From: Gammaproteobacteria bacterium
GTDB taxonomy: Bacteria > Pseudomonadota > Gammaproteobacteria > Steroidobacterales > Rariloculaceae
DNA: 24,000 nt
Direction: 5' to 3'
NCBI GenBank assembly: GCA_016927175.1
Contig: JAFGNC010000242.1
Location: 6,126 to 30,125 of the forward strand
This document shows, piece by piece, positions 20,889-24,000 of the stretch; position 1 is the stretch's first letter; each line of letters begins with the position of its first letter. A program made the translations under genes and the position numbers. Under the pieces are notes generated by a model that was not told the origin of the DNA, did no database searches, and worked only from the letters and a program-made list of their open reading frames with translations.

Positions 20889-20908
20889 CGCTGCGGAAGA
20901 GCGCAGCG
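20889..20908. terminator. GC-rich hairpin between convergent genes (possible bidirectional terminator)
   Basis: The sequence is CGCTGCG-GAAGAG-CGCAGCG (7-bp stem). There is no clear U-tract on either strand. Confidence 0.3.
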
Positions 20909-20947
20909 GACGCGGCCGCAAGAGAAACCTGGAACCGCGCGCCTCCG

Positions 20948-22666
20948 CTACGGCAGAGCGAATACGTGAATTGCCGAGCCGCCTTCGTCCGGCGGCAGCT
21001 CCGGCGTCAGCCGCCGGGACGACATGGCCGCCAGTGACGGCCCGGTCGTCACCGCCACGTACTGTCTGCCGTCGACGCTGAACGATACCGGATAGCCGCT
21101 GACCGGCGATCCGAGGTTCGTCTCCCACAGCACTTCGCCGGTTTCGTCGTCGAACGCGCGGAACCCGCCGGCGACGTCGCCGCCGAACACGAGCCCGCCG
21201 CCGGTCGCGACCAGCGACATCGTGCCGACCCGCTGCTCGTGCTTCCAGCGCGTCTCGCCCGTGTCGGTCGCGATAGCCCAGACCGTGCCGACACCATCCT
21301 CGCCCGGCGCGAGAATCACTTCCGTGCTGAACCCGTACACGAGCGACGGATCGCGCTCGCCCGTCTGCGTCGTCGCGTGCATGCACAGATTCTGCAGCGG
21401 GAAGTACATCGCGCCGGTTCGCGGGCTGTAGGCGCCCGCCGGCCAGTTCTTCCCGCCGTTCGTGCTCGGGCAGACGGTCAGCGTCTGATCGGCGGCCGTG
21501 AAGACCATGTCCGGGTTGACCACCGCCTCGCCCGTGGCGCCGTCGATCCGCTCGACGACGTTCTGCGCAATGGTCGGAGTCGCCCACAGGAACTCGCCGG
21601 TCTCGCGATCGAGCGTATAGACGATGCCGGTCTTGCCGGGTATCCCCGTGATCACCTTACGCCGCTCGCCGGGCTCGACAGCGGGGTTGATCCACGCCAC
21701 CGACTCGGGATCGGGGGCGACCGCCGTATCGAGCAGGATGCGCTCGAACGGATGATCGAGATCCCAGTGGTCGACGACGTGCTGATAATGCCAGACGATC
21801 TCACCGGTATCGGCGTCGAGCGCGAGCGTCGAGTTGTGATACAGGTGCTTGGCGTCGTTGCCGCCGAGGATGAACTTCGGCGCCGGGATCGTGACCGACG
21901 TGCCGACGTAGATCAGCCCGAGCTCCGGGTCGTAGCTCGGCACCATCCACGTCCCGACGTGCCAGCGCTGCTCGAGCGGCACGCCGCCCCATGTCTCGTC
22001 GCCGGGCTCGCCCGGCCGCGGAATCGTCCGCGTCCGCCAAAGCTCGCGGCCCGTCTTCGCGTCATGCGCCGTCACGACGCAGGCCTCGTGGGTGGCGTCC
22101 GGCTGGCCCTGGCGCCCAGTGATGATCTTCCCGTCCGCGACGATGGGGCCCGATGTCGCCCGCGCCCGCGCATTCGGCTCGTGAACGGGTGTCTCCCAGA
22201 CCAGCGCTCCCGTCTCGACGTCGAGAGCGTAGATCCGGTTGTCGGAGCTCGCGTTTACGATCGTGTCGCCCCAGATCGCGAGGTTCCGGTTCGTGCCGCC
22301 GCGGAAATCCTCGGGAAACTCGCGCCGATACTCCCACAGCGGCTCGCCGGAGTCGGCGCGGAACGCCTGGATGTAATCGCTGTTGTTCGGCACGAACATG
22401 ACGCCGTCGTGCACGAGCGGCGTCGCTTCCTGGATGCCCGGCCCCATCGGCTGCGTCCAGACCCGCTCCAGGCGCCCGACGTTGCCGCGGTCGACCTGAT
22501 CGAGCGGGCTGTACCCCCACCCGTTCAGCGTCCGCCGCCACATCAGCCAGTCGCCGGGATCGGGGTTCTTCAGCATGTCGTCCGTGACCGGCCGGATCTC
22601 TACCCCGTCCCCGACGGCAACTCCCGCCGCCGCCATCAATACGCCGAACGCGAGCACACGCTTCAT
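20948..22666 (-). CDS. PQQ-dependent dehydrogenase (quinoprotein, eight-bladed beta-propeller; methanol/ethanol family-like)
   Basis: It has a signal peptide (MKRVLAFGVLMAAAGVAVG). Motifs are VTDDMLKNPDPGDWLMWRRTLNGWGYSPLDQV, EATPLVHDGVMFV, IYALDVETGALVWE and STLALDADTGEIVWHYQHVVDHWDLD. There is no C-terminal cytochrome domain. Confidence 0.9.
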   Translation of the reverse strand: MKRVLAFGVLMAAAGVAVGDGVEIRPVTDDMLKNPDPGDWLMWRRTLNGWGYSPLDQVDRGNVGRLERVWTQPMGPGIQEATPLVHDGVMFVPNNSDYIQAFRADSGEPLWEYRREFPEDFRGGTNRNLAIWGDTIVNASSDNRIYALDVETGALVWETPVHEPNARARATSGPIVADGKIITGRQGQPDATHEACVVTAHDAKTGRELWRTRTIPRPGEPGDETWGGVPLEQRWHVGTWMVPSYDPELGLIYVGTSVTIPAPKFILGGNDAKHLYHNSTLALDADTGEIVWHYQHVVDHWDLDHPFERILLDTAVAPDPESVAWINPAVEPGERRKVITGIPGKTGIVYTLDRETGEFLWATPTIAQNVVERIDGATGEAVVNPDMVFTAADQTLTVCPSTNGGKNWPAGAYSPRTGAMYFPLQNLCMHATTQTGERDPSLVYGFSTEVILAPGEDGVGTVWAIATDTGETRWKHEQRVGTMSLVATGGGLVFGGDVAGGFRAFDDETGEVLWETNLGSPVSGYPVSFSVDGRQYVAVTTGPSLAAMSSRRLTPELPPDEGGSAIHVFALP

Positions 22667-22764
22667 GGGACCCCCGTCATTGGTTAGGACTTCTTATCCG
22701 TGACACGCGCGACGCGGATGTGCGCGTCGTCATTGTCTGCCCGCACGAGACCCCGCTCGGCGAA

Positions 22765-23139
22765 TCAATTCAGAACCTGATACCGCTGCCCGTCCTCGGT
22801 AATGATCGTCTTCAGGAAATACGCGTCCGGATCGTCCTTCCGCGGCGACCCGACCACCTTGATCCGCTGCCCCGGCTGTATGACCGCCGGATCGAATCCC
22901 ATGCGCACCAGCATGTTCGCGGGCGCACCTTCCACGAAGTTGATGATCTTCTCCTCGCCGTCGACCTCCGCCTTCAGCGTCATGGCCATGTGCGGATTGC
23001 GGAACTTCAGCGTCTCGACGATGCCCTCGAACTCGACGCTCGTCTGCATATCGTAGATCGCAAACGAATGGTGCGCCGACGCTCCGGCGGACACGGCCAG
23101 CATTGCGGCGGCCAGCGAGACGAAAAGCGGTTTTCTCAT
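22765..23139 (-). CDS. DUF6152-like small exported protein
   Basis: The signal peptide ends AGASA and is followed immediately by HHSFAIYDM...VEFEGIVETLKFRNPHMAM. This matches the DUF6152 pattern as I remember it. SD GAGGAA is present. Confidence 0.8.
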   Translation of the reverse strand: MRKPLFVSLAAAMLAVSAGASAHHSFAIYDMQTSVEFEGIVETLKFRNPHMAMTLKAEVDGEEKIINFVEGAPANMLVRMGFDPAVIQPGQRIKVVGSPRKDDPDAYFLKTIITEDGQRYQVLN

Positions 23140-23163
23140 GAGCTCGTTCCTCGGTGCGTGAAC

Positions 23164-23931
23164 TCAGCGGGATTCCGGCAACGCGTCCACGTCCGGCAAG
23201 GTCAGCCCGCGCTGCTGCAGGTATTCGTCCCACAGCGTATCGGTGCAGGTGTATTCCAGCATCTGAATGTCGGGCCGCAGCTCGGCCTCGGCCCGCAGAT
23301 GCACAGGCTCCGTGTACAGCTTGGGATCGGTCAGCGTGATCTCGTCGACGAGGAAGGTCCGCGTTTCGCCGTCCACCTCGCGCTCGACCTTCGACAGCCG
23401 CTCCATGACGTGCGCGTCCGACGTGGTCGCGAGACGCGACATGTACGGGTAAGCCTTCAGGCCGGTCGTCTCGACGACCAGCGTGTCCCCCTCCCAGTGC
23501 GCCACGGAATACCCCATTGCCGAGGCCACCGGCGGCGCCGGCGGCGCCGACTCCTGCATGTAGATCTTTCGGTACATCCCGTAACCTTCCCAGTAGATCG
23601 TCACGTCCTGCGGACGGTGAATGATCTCGATCGGGAAAGGCGCGCCCCACGGCGCGCGAGGCATGCCGGGCCAGATGCAGTATCGGCCGGGATCGTCGTC
23701 GATCTCGAACTGCGATTCGTATTCTTCTTTCAGGCGCTCGGCTTCATCCGTCCACGGCAACTGTTCCGGCGTCTGACGGGCGCGGCCTGCCGGGAACCAG
23801 ATACCGGAGAAATCCGGATGGGACCCGTCGACCGTCTGGGCCGCTCCCGGCACGGCCGCCGACAAACCGACCGCCGCGGCCGCAAACCCGATGATTCCGG
23901 ACCGGCGAAGCTTCGCGCGAAGACTCGGCAT
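23164..23931 (-). CDS. Secreted protein of an unrecognised family (paralog 3 of 3)
   Basis: It has a signal peptide (IIGFAAAAVGLSAAVPGAA-QT). It shares blocks with the other paralogs (AHWEGDTLVVET; HVMERLSKVE...TLTDPKLYTEPV; LEYTCTDT). Confidence 0.85.
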   Translation of the reverse strand: MPSLRAKLRRSGIIGFAAAAVGLSAAVPGAAQTVDGSHPDFSGIWFPAGRARQTPEQLPWTDEAERLKEEYESQFEIDDDPGRYCIWPGMPRAPWGAPFPIEIIHRPQDVTIYWEGYGMYRKIYMQESAPPAPPVASAMGYSVAHWEGDTLVVETTGLKAYPYMSRLATTSDAHVMERLSKVEREVDGETRTFLVDEITLTDPKLYTEPVHLRAEAELRPDIQMLEYTCTDTLWDEYLQQRGLTLPDVDALPESR

Positions 23932-24000
23932 TACTCAAACTCCCAAATGAATCAATGCGTCGCAGATCGTCCCGTCTGCCGTGCGGGTATCCTACCAGCA

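Noticed and set aside
19738-22687. ORFs 19738..20763 (minus, 341 aa) and 21239..22687 (plus, 482 aa)
   Set aside because: They lie antisense to paralog 2 and to the PQQ dehydrogenase respectively. Both have Arg/Asp/Val-rich, low-information translations.
22702-22731. 7-bp GC hairpin (CGACGCG-GATGTG-CGCGTCG, 22710..22729) between the DUF6152-like gene and the PQQ dehydrogenase
   Set aside because: The stem is short with no U-tract, and such hairpins are expected by chance in GC-rich DNA. There is not enough evidence to call a terminator or attenuator.
22880-22915. T-loop-like string GGATCGAATCC
   Set aside because: It lies inside the DUF6152-like CDS. The flanking bases cannot form a T-stem or an acceptor stem. 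It is a coincidental match.
1-24000. Mobile elements, CRISPR arrays, prophage or defence-system genes
   Set aside because: I saw no transposase, integrase or recombinase motifs, no terminal inverted repeats, no regularly spaced direct repeats, and no nuclease, ATPase or methyltransferase signatures in any frame.

Overview
This is a high-GC, almost fully coding chromosomal window of proteobacterial type. I recognised no rRNA, tRNA, CRISPR array, IS element or phage gene. All family names below come from reading motifs by eye, not from searches. Gene content, left to right: (1) The start of the rimP-nusA operon (minus strand), preceded by a strongly structured leader with two tandem intrinsic terminators. 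(2) A minus-strand run of exported proteins: a DUF3500-like protein, an M23 peptidase, a small SEC-C-motif membrane protein and a mono-haem cytochrome c. (3) A three-gene minus-strand operon with no recognisable function. It encodes a membrane-anchored helical-repeat (chaperone-like) protein, a large secreted FN3/FG-GAP protein with an unassigned C-terminal domain, and a polytopic membrane protein. (4) A Tat-exported aldo/keto-reductase-fold protein that appears to lack the catalytic Tyr and His. (5) A plus-strand padR operon that also encodes a membrane protein with a TonB C-terminal domain and a DUF4159-like protein. (6) A nine-gene, translationally coupled Mrp-type (CPA3) cation/proton antiporter cluster in the order E-F-G-DUF4040-B-C-D-D-(A/L-like). 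It lies directly downstream of a cytochrome c'-like lipoprotein gene and a secreted protein gene of unknown family. (7) A periplasmic redox neighbourhood with a PQQ-dependent dehydrogenase, a DUF6152-like small protein and two further paralogs of that unknown secreted family. The best candidates for undescribed biology are the cytochrome c' / unknown-protein / Mrp linkage, the triplicated unknown secreted family, and the three-gene secreted-protein operon. Many long ORFs in the six-frame track are antisense or alternate-frame artefacts of the high GC content. I rejected these.
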